From Phocaeicola sp. (lineage in GTDB: Bacteria > Bacteroidota > Bacteroidia > Bacteroidales > Bacteroidaceae), in contig JAZRMW010000020.1 in assembly GCA_045647865.1 (NCBI GenBank), forward strand, positions 37,915 to 101,914: a stretch of 64,000 nt of DNA, given 5' to 3'. Below, in pieces: positions 51,380 to 60,914 of the stretch. Position 1 is the first letter of the stretch. Every line of letters begins with the position of its first letter. Position numbers and translations under genes: made by a program. The notes below the pieces were generated by a model. It saw only the letters and a list, made by a program, of their open reading frames with translations, did not search any database and was not told the origin of the DNA.

Positions 51380-52447
51380 ATGAAAAAGAATTTGTTTTCA
51401 TGGGGCGTAATGGGTATGTTCGCAATGTTATGCGCCTGTAATTCAGCCCCGAAAGGTTACACAGTATCTGGTACACTTCCTGATTCAACCATGAATGGAC
51501 AGACTTTGTACATTCTGAATGTGGATAACAGTGAATGTGTGGATAGTACAGTAGTAGAAGGTAATGCTTATCTTTTTGAAGGACATGTGGATACAGCTCT
51601 TGTAGCAGGTATTTCTACAAATGGACGTAACTCATTGTTTGTATTCGCTTTGGAGAATGGCCGCATTACGATTACGGACAATGGGGATTCAAAAGGTACA
51701 CCGCTCAATGATGAATTGACTCGTGTTTCTGCTTCTTTGGATAGCATCAATACGGCTTATTATAAGGCATATGAAGTGTTTGAAGGTACAAAGGAAGAAT
51801 GGGCGGTAGCCTATGAAACAGAGTGGATTCCCCGTTTCAAACAACAAGTGCTTGACAATTATCAGGGACATACCAATGATGTGGTGGGTTATGTGCTTAC
51901 CCAGTTCATGAGTGTATTGAGCACCGATGAACAGTTGGATTTGATGAATACCTTTGGTCCATGGTTGGTATCAACCAAGCGTGTATCTACGTCAAAGAGT
52001 GCATTGGAAACACAGAAGAAGACAGCCGTAGGTCAGCCTTATACTGATATCAAAGGTACTGATGTCAATGGTAATCCTGTTTCTCTCTCTGACTATGTAG
52101 GAAAAGGTAATTATGTGCTCGTTGACATGTGGGCAAGCTGGTGTGGTCCCTGCAAGCGTGAGATTCCTAACTTGCGTAAGTTGTACGACCTTTACAAGAA
52201 CAAAGGTTTGACCGTACTTGGTATTTACGTATGGGATAAAGTTGAGAACTTGGCACCCGCTATGGAGGCTGAAGGTATTGTTTGGCCTCAGATTATTGAT
52301 TCAAACGAGACCGCAACTAAGTTGTATGGTGTACAAGGTATTCCTTGTATCATGCTTATCGGTCCTGATGGAACAATTCTTGACCGCACCAATTTGCGTG
52401 GTGAAAACATGCAACCTGCAGTAGAGAAATTCATGTTTGGAAAATAA
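51380..52447 (+). CDS. TlpA-family thiol-disulfide oxidoreductase lipoprotein (DUF4369 + thioredoxin)
   Basis: Lipobox LCAC; DMWASWCGPCKREIP. Confidence 0.9.
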   Translation: MKKNLFSWGVMGMFAMLCACNSAPKGYTVSGTLPDSTMNGQTLYILNVDNSECVDSTVVEGNAYLFEGHVDTALVAGISTNGRNSLFVFALENGRITITDNGDSKGTPLNDELTRVSASLDSINTAYYKAYEVFEGTKEEWAVAYETEWIPRFKQQVLDNYQGHTNDVVGYVLTQFMSVLSTDEQLDLMNTFGPWLVSTKRVSTSKSALETQKKTAVGQPYTDIKGTDVNGNPVSLSDYVGKGNYVLVDMWASWCGPCKREIPNLRKLYDLYKNKGLTVLGIYVWDKVENLAPAMEAEGIVWPQIIDSNETATKLYGVQGIPCIMLIGPDGTILDRTNLRGENMQPAVEKFMFGK

Positions 52448-52454
52448 TATAGTA

Positions 52455-52516
52455 GTGACGAGCTACGAGTGACAAGTGTTATGCTGACTGCTTCTCGTAG
52501 CTTGTCGCTCGTAGCT
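52455..52516. repeat. Heptamer-based palindromic element upstream of folD
   Basis: agctacgagtgacaag (52461-52476) / cttgtcgctcgtagct (52501-52516). Confidence 0.75.
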
Positions 52517-52531
52517 TATAACTGAAAGATT

Positions 52532-53413
52532 ATGCAATTGATTGACGGAAAAGCTGTAGCCGAACAGGTGAAGCAAGAGATTGCTGCTGAAGTGGCTGAT
52601 ATTGTGGCTCGTGGAGGTAAGCGCCCTCATTTGGCCGCAATCCTTGTCGGACATGACGGAGGAAGTGAGACTTATGTAGCAGCCAAAGTAAAAGCGTGCG
52701 AGGTATGTGGGTTCAAATCAAGTCTTATCCGCTACGAGGAAGATGTGACAGAAGATGAACTTTTGGCCAAAGTACGTGAGTTGAATGAAGATGCTGATGT
52801 AGATGGTTTCATCGTGCAGCTTCCTTTGCCCAAACATATTTCGGAACAAAAGGTTATTGAAACCATTGATTATCGCAAAGATGTCGATGGCTTTCATCCC
52901 ATCAATGTAGGACGTATGAGTATCGGACTTCCTTGCTATATTTCAGCAACTCCTAATGGTATTCTTGAGTTGTTGAAGCGTTATAACATCGAGACTCAGG
53001 GAAAGAAGTGTGTTGTGCTTGGACGTAGTAACATTGTTGGTAAACCTATGGCCAGCCTGATGATGCAGAAAGCTTATCCTGGCGATGCTACTGTGACCGT
53101 ATGTCATAGCCGTAGCAAGGATTTGGTGAAAGAGTGTCAAGAAGCTGATATTATCATTGCTGCTCTTGGTCAACCCAATTTTGTGAAAGCTGACATGGTG
53201 AAGGAAGGTGCTGTAATTGTAGATGTAGGTACTACCCGTGTGCCCGATGCTACTCGTAAATCTGGTTTCAAGTTGACTGGTGACGTGAAATTTGATGAAG
53301 TGGCTCCCAAGTGTAGCTACATCACTCCTGTACCCGGTGGAGTAGGTCCTATGACCATTTGTTCGTTGATGAAAAATACCCTCTTGGCCGGCAAGAAGGA
53401 AATTTATAAGTAA
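52532..53413 (+). CDS. folD: Methylenetetrahydrofolate dehydrogenase/cyclohydrolase
   Basis: [34 protein letters not shown]. Confidence 0.97.
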   Translation: MQLIDGKAVAEQVKQEIAAEVADIVARGGKRPHLAAILVGHDGGSETYVAAKVKACEVCGFKSSLIRYEEDVTEDELLAKVRELNEDADVDGFIVQLPLPKHISEQKVIETIDYRKDVDGFHPINVGRMSIGLPCYISATPNGILELLKRYNIETQGKKCVVLGRSNIVGKPMASLMMQKAYPGDATVTVCHSRSKDLVKECQEADIIIAALGQPNFVKADMVKEGAVIVDVGTTRVPDATRKSGFKLTGDVKFDEVAPKCSYITPVPGGVGPMTICSLMKNTLLAGKKEIYK

Positions 53414-53416
53414 AAT

Positions 53417-53484
53417 TAGGCACGGATAACACGGAAATTTGGATAGGTAAAGAATTTTCCCTATAGCAGTGTTGTCCGTGCCTA
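53417..53484. repeat. Nonamer-family palindromic element
   Basis: taggcacggataacac / gtgttgtccgtgccta, 15 of 16 paired. Confidence 0.75.
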
Positions 53485-53501
53485 TTTCTTTCTCTTTTTG
53501 C

Positions 53502-54584
53502 ATGAAAAGACTCATCCTTATCCTCTTCCTTTTCCCTTTGGGGCTTTCTGCTCAGGAGTTTGGTCGTATCACTTTGCTTTTTGCGGGTGACTTGATGCAA
53601 CATCAAGGGCAAATCGATGCAGCCCGTCAATGGGATGGTTCGTATGATTATTCTCCCTGTTTCCAATATGTCAAGGACGAAATTGGTCGTGCCGATGTTG
53701 CTATAGCCAATTTGGAAGTCACCTTGGCTGGTAAACCTTATAGAGGTTATCCTCAATTCAGTGCTCCAGATGAATATGCCATGGCTGTAAAGGATGCAGG
53801 TTTTGATATCCTCCTTACGGCCAATAATCATTGTCTTGATCGAAGAAAGAAAGGCTTGGAGCGTACCATTCAAGTACTTGATTCACTCGAAATCCCTTAT
53901 GCGGGTACCTATATAAATAAGGAAGAACGTGACCGCCTTTATCCTCTGATGATTCAGAAAAACGGTTTTCGTATAGCATTGCTTGCCTATACGTACGCCA
54001 CAAACGGTATTCAAGTGCAATCGCCCAATATTGTCAACTATATTGATAAGGATCAAATAATAAAGGATATAGCAAAGGCGCGCGAACAGAAAGCCGATGT
54101 GATTATTGCTTGCATGCATTGGGGTATTGAGTATCGCCTGCTTCCTGAGCGTCAAGAGCGTGCAATGGCCGATTGGCTGATTGCTCATGGCGTGGATCAT
54201 GTGATAGGTTCCCATCCCCATGTGCTTCAACCCATGGAGATACGACCTGATGAGCATACGGCAGCCCGTCACGTGGTTGTTTATTCTTTAGGGAATTATA
54301 TATCCAATATGTCAGCTCCTGATACGGATGGTGGTGCCATGGTCAAACTTGAGTTGAAACGGATAGGTCATATCGCAGCTTTGGCCGATTGCAAATATAG
54401 TTTGGTATGGACTTCTCGTCCTTCATTGCGGGGTGGGAGAGGTAATTATCTTCTTTATCCGGCAGCCAATCCACCGCAAAACATTAATGACGCAGAGAAA
54501 AGTCGTCTTGATCGTTTCTTGCGTTCTGCGCGTAATTTGTTCAATAAGAGTAATATAGGAATTTTTGAATATTTTTTCGAATAA
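53502..54584 (+). CDS. CapA/PgsA-family metallophosphatase
   Basis: AGDLM, NLE, ANNH..D, HWG.EY, GSHPH, YSLGN. Confidence 0.9.
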   Translation: MKRLILILFLFPLGLSAQEFGRITLLFAGDLMQHQGQIDAARQWDGSYDYSPCFQYVKDEIGRADVAIANLEVTLAGKPYRGYPQFSAPDEYAMAVKDAGFDILLTANNHCLDRRKKGLERTIQVLDSLEIPYAGTYINKEERDRLYPLMIQKNGFRIALLAYTYATNGIQVQSPNIVNYIDKDQIIKDIAKAREQKADVIIACMHWGIEYRLLPERQERAMADWLIAHGVDHVIGSHPHVLQPMEIRPDEHTAARHVVVYSLGNYISNMSAPDTDGGAMVKLELKRIGHIAALADCKYSLVWTSRPSLRGGRGNYLLYPAANPPQNINDAEKSRLDRFLRSARNLFNKSNIGIFEYFFE

Positions 54585-54599
54585 AAAGTTGCTTTAAAA

Positions 54600-54631
54600 T
54601 TTGGTGGATTCAATATTTCGCCGTACCTTTG
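54600..54631 (+). promoter_or_regulatory. tRNA promoter
   Basis: TTTG-N20-TACCTTTG. Confidence 0.75.
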
Positions 54632-54660
54632 CATCGCTTTTAGAGAAAAGCCCGTTATAT

Positions 54661-54735
54661 GGTGCCTGTAGTTCAGTTGGTTAGAGCGTCAGATTGTGGT
54701 TCTGAATGTCGTCGGTTCGAGTCCGATCAGGCACC
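54661..54735 (+). tRNA. tRNA-His(GTG)
   Basis: G-1 plus GTGCCTG/CAGGCAC acceptor stem, C discriminator, tcaga-ttGTGgt-tctga anticodon arm, GGTTCGAG T-loop. Confidence 0.96.
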
Positions 54736-54739
54736 CACG

Positions 54740-54768
54740 AAAAGCTTTGCATTTGCAAAGCTTTTTTT
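54740..54768 (+). terminator. Intrinsic (likely bidirectional) terminator
   Basis: aaaagctttgca-tt-tgcaaagctttt plus T run. Confidence 0.8.
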
Positions 54769-54862
54769 GTTTATCTATACTCTGCCGTTTGAAAAAGAGG
54801 AACAGTCCGAAAAAGAGTGAATGGAGTAGGAGATAATCCCTACGGTAAACGTGCAACTCACG

Positions 54863-56590
54863 TTATTTTAAAGGCCATTCTCCTTTTGCCTTGAATATGG
54901 GTGCCGGATGTTGCGAAGTACTGTCATATCCGAACCAATATCCCCATTCCTCGTTAGCGGGTAGGAAACAGAGGCGGAGAGTGTCAGAGTATTTTCCATA
55001 TTCCACATTCCAATCAAGAGAAGGGTGTAAGTGTCCGCGTTGCACTTGTTCGGCCGGTTTCTTGCGTAAGGACATGCCAGCCTCTATCCAAGAGATTGTA
55101 GCCTCTATGCGATAGGTCGGGTAATACGAACAGCAGAAGAGATGAATCAGTTCGCCCCGACGTTCGATGCTCATCGGTTGGTCAATGTAGTTGTGCTCGG
55201 TCAGATAGCAGAGAAAATGGTGTAGGAACTCTTCTTCATTGACAATCAATTTGCGGGTAAGCGCTTGCCAAGCAGTAGTATTGTAGTAGGCATCAAGCAG
55301 GCGTGAAAGACGGCGTGCTTCCTGAAGTTGGGAGTTGCTTATCTGTCCCGTTTCCAGTACCTCGTAGGGAGGTAGGGGAGAATATCGGATGCCGAGTTCT
55401 TGAGCCTTGTTTCTCATAGCTGTACCCGGCAAGAGTTTCAGAGACTCTAATTGAATCTCTCCTGCATGGTATTCGGCCAATGTACGGACGTCTTCATAGA
55501 TTTGCGTAAGGGTATAGCATGGAAGTCCGGCAATAAGGTCGGCATGAGTGACCAAGTTCGGGAGCGAACAGAGGAATTGAAGACCGTTGAGGGCTTGATG
55601 TAGCGTACCTTTGCGGTGACTCATATCCAAAACCTCTTGTCTAAGACTTTGGATGCCAGCCTCCAGATGGAGAAGTCCGTTGGGGAGAGATGTCAGCACC
55701 TCACGCACTGATTGGGGTAATAGTGCAGGATGTATTTCCAAATGAAAACGGAGATTGGGATGAAATTCTGCAAAGAGTTCCAATAGGGATATGGCTTGAT
55801 TGGGATGGAAATTGAATGTGCGGTCGAGGATGCGTACATCGCGGATTCCCTGTTCTTGAATCTTGCTAAGTCGCTGACGGATTGTGTCAATGGATAGTGT
55901 ACGAATGGGGTCTCCCATTCCACTGACGCAGAATGCACACGAATTGAAGCATCCACGTGTGGTTTCTATTTGTACGAAAGGTTTCTCCCATCTGAACAAA
56001 GAACTTTCTTCGGGTGGAACCAGTCGGTCAAATTCCATCACGCGGGCAAGACCTCCATCGTGATAAGTGAACAGTGACGGACTACGATCTGCAAATGTCA
56101 AGTATGGTTCCGTATGGCCGTTCGTAGCTTGTAACCTGTCACCTGTTGCTTCTATCTCCTCCAGATAACAAAGTCCAGGTATATTGGCCCACTTCTTTGG
56201 TTCATTCCATACATCCATCCAATGGGCAAAGCTTTCTTCGCCTTCTCCACGGAATACGGCATCCACTTCGGGGTGTTGGCGCAGATACTGCTCGTTGTCT
56301 CCTAAGAATTCTGGACCGCCCAATATAACCCGTACCTGTGGCAACAAAGCCTTTACCCTTCCTATGATATGCAGCAATTGTTCGTGGGTGAAAAGCCATG
56401 CAGTAGCAGCTATCACATCGGGTCGATGGGCATAGATGGCTTCTACCGTACTGCCTGTCACGTCATTGTTTGTTGTACGCACTACTACCCATTCTATATC
56501 CCTGCGATTCATGACTTGGGCATGAAGTGCAGGCAGTGCTAACGAACTGTGTGCGTATGAACAGTTCAAGTCTATCCAAAGTAGTTTCAT
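54863..56590 (-). CDS. B12-binding radical SAM protein (DUF4080-like C-terminus)
   Basis: LGGPE, RGEGEE, TRGCFNSCAFC (CxxxCxxC), DRTFN, DLIAGLP. Confidence 0.9.
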   Translation of the reverse strand: MKLLWIDLNCSYAHSSLALPALHAQVMNRRDIEWVVVRTTNNDVTGSTVEAIYAHRPDVIAATAWLFTHEQLLHIIGRVKALLPQVRVILGGPEFLGDNEQYLRQHPEVDAVFRGEGEESFAHWMDVWNEPKKWANIPGLCYLEEIEATGDRLQATNGHTEPYLTFADRSPSLFTYHDGGLARVMEFDRLVPPEESSLFRWEKPFVQIETTRGCFNSCAFCVSGMGDPIRTLSIDTIRQRLSKIQEQGIRDVRILDRTFNFHPNQAISLLELFAEFHPNLRFHLEIHPALLPQSVREVLTSLPNGLLHLEAGIQSLRQEVLDMSHRKGTLHQALNGLQFLCSLPNLVTHADLIAGLPCYTLTQIYEDVRTLAEYHAGEIQLESLKLLPGTAMRNKAQELGIRYSPLPPYEVLETGQISNSQLQEARRLSRLLDAYYNTTAWQALTRKLIVNEEEFLHHFLCYLTEHNYIDQPMSIERRGELIHLFCCSYYPTYRIEATISWIEAGMSLRKKPAEQVQRGHLHPSLDWNVEYGKYSDTLRLCFLPANEEWGYWFGYDSTSQHPAPIFKAKGEWPLK

Positions 56591-56737
56591 CGATTCAGTT
56601 TTTTGCTAATGTCGCTCCAGTGCGAATGTAATTCGCTTCAGATATGTTCATAGTCTTGCATGGTGACCGTGTCTCTGTGTTCTGAATATAGATTATAGCC
56701 CATTATACCCAACAGGCTTTTCGGCCTGTTCCTTTAT

Positions 56738-57073
56738 TTACACCTCTGTCACGGAATCGGTTATAGTTTCTTCGTCCAAAGCTTCAATCAAGAAACTGAC
56801 AGGGCGGAAACCATCGTTGCAGGAAATGAGGGCAGAGTGAGGATTCTTCATCCAACCATTGTAGAAATTTCCTCCGCCGTGAGCCAATGTCATGACAAAA
56901 GGTGACATGGAATCCCATGCACTTTGGCAGAGTCCTTCGGGCTTTTCCCAACCGTTTGCAATAAATGTCTGTCCTTCGCATAAATCGCAAGCGTGTTCCA
57001 TGGGGTTTTCGTATTTCTCCATCAAATCAGAGTAACAAGCTTTGCGAAGTACGGTGATACGGATTTTTTTCAT
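56738..57073 (-). CDS. TIGR04076-family protein
   Basis: KPEGLCQSAW and SCNDGFRPVSF motifs. Confidence 0.8.
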   Translation of the reverse strand: MKKIRITVLRKACYSDLMEKYENPMEHACDLCEGQTFIANGWEKPEGLCQSAWDSMSPFVMTLAHGGGNFYNGWMKNPHSALISCNDGFRPVSFLIEALDEETITDSVTEV

Positions 57074-57079
57074 CTCTCC

Positions 57080-57640
57080 TTAATTGGGTAAATCCATTTT
57101 CTCAAACTTGTATCCCAAACGCTTCAACTCGATGGCTGCTCCTATGCGGTACATCACACGGCAGGCGCGTGCAAAGACATGGAAAGCCATCGTACTTTGT
57201 GGCTCAATCTGTTCGTGCCGGATGAGGGTTACAGCTGTTTCTCCGCATCGGCGGATGATGTTTTCAATGGATTTTACCTCATAGCCATCGGGCAGAAGAC
57301 CTAAAATGTCATAAACAATATGTTCGTCCATATCGTCGAATCCATCTTTTCCATAATAGTTGGAATAGGGGTCCTGCTTGCAAAGATTCCAATCTGTGTC
57401 CCAACCCCAAGCAATGGCCATTCCTAAGTAAGCGGCCCATGCTACAGATACGGTAGGGTAGTCCTTTACTTGTGGTACAGCATCAGCCATATATTCAGGT
57501 GCCAATGTGTGCCAATGTTCGTCAATGTCGTCGCTGGCTAATAGGGTTCCGCTGAGCATGCCAGCCGAGGTGCATAAACGCAGAAGTTCGTTTTGGACTT
57601 TCGTTTCAAATTCTTCAAGAAAATCTTTTCTGATGTTCAT
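57080..57640 (-). CDS. Conserved Bacteroidales hypothetical protein
   Basis: 186-aa ORF co-oriented directly downstream of murF; YPTVSVAWAAY, GFDDMDE. Confidence 0.8.
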   Translation of the reverse strand: MNIRKDFLEEFETKVQNELLRLCTSAGMLSGTLLASDDIDEHWHTLAPEYMADAVPQVKDYPTVSVAWAAYLGMAIAWGWDTDWNLCKQDPYSNYYGKDGFDDMDEHIVYDILGLLPDGYEVKSIENIIRRCGETAVTLIRHEQIEPQSTMAFHVFARACRVMYRIGAAIELKRLGYKFEKMDLPN

Positions 57641-57651
57641 AGTTCCAGGAT

Positions 57652-58956
57652 TTATAGATGTTCTGTTACTTGGGCCAGTTTCATACTGTTCGACCCCTTG
57701 ATTAGGATATAGTATCCGGCGATGTCTTCGGCTTCAATGGCCTTTATTACTTGGTTTACATCCTCAAAAGTGGGTTGTCCTTGTGCTGTCGCAGCAAATT
57801 GGCTACCTACCAGCCAAACTTTATCAAACTGTGCGTTGTTGATGAGTTCAACGATGTGGCGGTGTTGCTCAATGCTGCATTCGCCCAATTCCTTCATGTC
57901 TCCGAGAATGGCCATTTTGGGATTTACCTGCATTTCACTGAAATTCTTGATGGCCGCGGTCATGCTTGTAGGATTGGCATTGTAAGCATCCACGATGAGA
58001 TGGTTTCGTGAAGTTTGTTGCAATTGCGAACGGTTGTTCTTGGGCTGGTATCCGGCCAATGCCTTGTTTATTTGTGCAGGCGATATTCCGAAATAGAGTC
58101 CGATAGTGGCAGCTGCCATCATATTGTCGAGGTTGTACGAACCGATGAGTTGGGTCTGTACTTCATGCCAGGCAGAATTGGCAATTCGCCACCGGAAATG
58201 CAGATAGGGGGCACAGTTTATAACCTCACCACTGACGCGGAGAGGTTCTTTGTCACAAGGTTTGCCATACCGTATTTGATTCAGAGTACCTGCCATTTGT
58301 TTCAGGTATTCGTTGTCGTTGTTCAGGAAAATGGTTGCGTCGGGTCTGGTACGCAAGTAATCGTAGAGTTCTCCTTTGGTTCGGATAACTCCTTCCAATG
58401 AACCGAATCCTTGCAGATGCGCCATTCCCACATTGGTGATGATTCCGAAATCGGGCTCTGCAATGTCCACAAGCTCCTTGATGTCCCCTGGATGACTGGC
58501 ACCCATTTCAATGACAGCAATGTCGTGTTCTGCAGTAAGGCGTAGCAAGGTAAGGGGCACTCCGATTGCATTATTCAAGTTTCCTTCTGTATAGAGGACA
58601 TGATGTATTTGCATCAAGACTGCAGCCAATAATTCTTTTGTTGTAGTCTTACCGTTGGTTCCAGTGATACCAATGACGCGGGTTCCTAATTGACGGCGAT
58701 GATAGTTCGCCAATTGCTGCAGGGCTTTCAATGCGTCATCAACCAGAATGAAACGATTGTCATTTGGGGTGATATGTTCTTTTTCATCAACCACAGCATA
58801 GGCACATCCGGCATCCAAGGCTTGGGAGGCAAAGGAGTTTCCATTGAAATTTTCTCCTTTAAGGGCAAAGAATATAGAGCCTTTGGGACAATGTCGGCTG
58901 TCTGTCGTCACCAATGGATGGCGCTGAAACAGGTGGTATAAAGAGGCTATTTCCAT
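57652..58956 (-). CDS. murF: UDP-MurNAc-tripeptide--D-Ala-D-Ala ligase
   Basis: TDSR, ITGTNGKTTTKE, GNLNN.IGVP, DAYNANPTSM, LGDMKELG, KGS. Confidence 0.96.
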   Translation of the reverse strand: MEIASLYHLFQRHPLVTTDSRHCPKGSIFFALKGENFNGNSFASQALDAGCAYAVVDEKEHITPNDNRFILVDDALKALQQLANYHRRQLGTRVIGITGTNGKTTTKELLAAVLMQIHHVLYTEGNLNNAIGVPLTLLRLTAEHDIAVIEMGASHPGDIKELVDIAEPDFGIITNVGMAHLQGFGSLEGVIRTKGELYDYLRTRPDATIFLNNDNEYLKQMAGTLNQIRYGKPCDKEPLRVSGEVINCAPYLHFRWRIANSAWHEVQTQLIGSYNLDNMMAAATIGLYFGISPAQINKALAGYQPKNNRSQLQQTSRNHLIVDAYNANPTSMTAAIKNFSEMQVNPKMAILGDMKELGECSIEQHRHIVELINNAQFDKVWLVGSQFAATAQGQPTFEDVNQVIKAIEAEDIAGYYILIKGSNSMKLAQVTEHL

Positions 58957-59094
58957 GTTGAAAGAAAATAAATACGGATTCTAAAACAAATTTATAGCAC
59001 AAAGATACAACAAAAACCATAAAAAATGCGCATAAAATCGGTTTATCCCAAGAAATGTGTGTATTTTTGCCCTGTTGTTTACGATATAGCAGAT

Positions 59095-59949
59095 ATGGAA
59101 CTCTTGAAATCCTATACAATAAATCTCAATAGCCGATTGACTGTGCTTGATAAACCGCAGGTAATGGGAATTCTGAATCTGACTCCAGATTCCTTTTATG
59201 CCATGAGTCGGAAACAGACAGAAAACGATGTTGCTACGCGTGTTGCGCAGTTGATGGCTGAAGGAGCAGATATAATAGATGTAGGAGCCTGTTCTTCTCG
59301 ACCTGGAGCGGACAATGTCTCTGCAGAAGAAGAGATGGAACGTTTGCGCCGGGGATTGGACATATTAAGGCAGGTTGCTCCTGAAGCAGTCGTTTCTGTG
59401 GATACATATAGGGCGGATGTGGCTGCCATGTGTGTAGAGGAATATGGAGTGGCGATGATTAACGATATTTCTGCAGGCCAACTGGATGAACGGATGTTTG
59501 ATACTGTTGCCCGCCTACGTGTACCTTATGTGTTGACACACATGCAAGGTACTCCAGAAACCATGCAGGCCAGTCCTCAGTACGTGGATGTCGTGCATGA
59601 CGTCTTGAGATTCTTGGCTGCTCGTGCAGAGATTTTGCATGAAAAGGGCGTTCCGGATGTAGTTATAGATCCTGGGTTTGGCTTTGGAAAGACGTTGGAA
59701 CACAATTATCAATTGATGGACCGTTTGGAGGAATTTCATCTGTTGGAACTGCCCCTGTTGGTTGGAATCTCACGGAAATCCATGATATATCGCTTGCTGG
59801 ATGTTACTCCTGATGAAGCCTTGAATGGAACGACGGCACTGAATATGGTAGCATTGATGAAAGGGGCACATATCTTGCGTGTACATGATGTCAAGGCTTG
59901 TCGTGAATGTATTCAGATTGTTGATAAACTGAGAAATGTCAGTCTTTAA
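59095..59949 (+). CDS. folP: Dihydropteroate synthase
   Basis: MGILNLTPDSF, SSRPGA, DPGFGFGK, SRKS, RVHDV. Confidence 0.96.
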   Translation: MELLKSYTINLNSRLTVLDKPQVMGILNLTPDSFYAMSRKQTENDVATRVAQLMAEGADIIDVGACSSRPGADNVSAEEEMERLRRGLDILRQVAPEAVVSVDTYRADVAAMCVEEYGVAMINDISAGQLDERMFDTVARLRVPYVLTHMQGTPETMQASPQYVDVVHDVLRFLAARAEILHEKGVPDVVIDPGFGFGKTLEHNYQLMDRLEEFHLLELPLLVGISRKSMIYRLLDVTPDEALNGTTALNMVALMKGAHILRVHDVKACRECIQIVDKLRNVSL

Positions 59950-59985
59950 TTCTTTTTTTTTACTTTTAATATTTAATTCGTCACC

Positions 59986-60762
59986 GTGTTTATAGAATTT
60001 GGCGTAAAGGATTTCATAGACATCTTGTTGGTTGCTTTCTTGCTCTACAAGTTGTATAAATTGATGAAAGATATGGGTTCGCTCAATATCTTCATTGGCG
60101 TATTGATGTTCTTGGGAGTATGGGTATTGGTCTCACAGGTATTGGAAATGCGCCTGTTGGGCAGTATATTTGATGTATTGCAGAGTGTGGGTATTTTGGC
60201 GTTGATTGTCCTCTTTCAAGAAGAGATCCGTCGTTTTCTCTTGAATTTGGGTACACATCATCGGGCTCGTAGCTTCTTGAACTTTTTGGGAGGGAAGAAG
60301 ACTGAACAGGTTGAGCGTGCTGATATTATGCCATTGGTGATGGCCTGTCTGAATATGAGTAAACAGAAGGTAGGAGCCCTCATTGTGATTGAGCAAGAAG
60401 TTTCCCTTAATGAATTTGTACGCACCGGCGATACCATTGATGCCAACATCAGCCAACGTCTTATCGAGAATATCTTTTTTAAGAACAGTCCGTTGCATGA
60501 TGGCGCCATGATTGTGAGTCACAATCGCATAAAAGCAGCCGGATGTATCCTGCCTGTTTCTCATGATTTGAATATCCCCCGACATTTGGGACTTCGTCAT
60601 CGGGCAGCATTGGGCGTTTCTCAAGTATCTGATGCCTTGGTTATTATCGTTTCCGAACAGACTGGAGCTATATCAACTGCCCATGAAGGACAATTCCGCT
60701 TACGTTTGTCTGCAGAGGAACTCGAACGTGAACTGACTCGTGTGAAAGTAGTAAAAAGATAA
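59986..60762 (+). CDS. cdaA: Diadenylate cyclase (CdaA/DacA type)
   Basis: Three N-terminal TMs; PLHDGA and GLRHRAA motifs. Confidence 0.92.
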   Translation: MFIEFGVKDFIDILLVAFLLYKLYKLMKDMGSLNIFIGVLMFLGVWVLVSQVLEMRLLGSIFDVLQSVGILALIVLFQEEIRRFLLNLGTHHRARSFLNFLGGKKTEQVERADIMPLVMACLNMSKQKVGALIVIEQEVSLNEFVRTGDTIDANISQRLIENIFFKNSPLHDGAMIVSHNRIKAAGCILPVSHDLNIPRHLGLRHRAALGVSQVSDALVIIVSEQTGAISTAHEGQFRLRLSAEELERELTRVKVVKR

Positions 60763-60914
60763 TTGGCATTTAGCAATCTTATAGGCTTGCAAAGGTGTCG
60801 AAAAGAAACAAAACTAAAAGGATGGCTTTTATTTTTGTTTCTTTTTTCGTAGAATAACTTTCTTTTTAATAAAATAATGCGTATATTTGCGGCCGATTTA
60901 AATATAGCATTCAA

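Noticed and set aside
54661-54735. tRNA-His as an integration site
   Set aside because: No integrase nearby and no duplicated tRNA 3' end seen; followed directly by a terminator and core genes
59095-60762. Diadenylate cyclase as part of a nucleotide-signalling defence system
   Set aside because: Ordinary membrane CdaA in its usual folP-adjacent housekeeping context, with no effector genes
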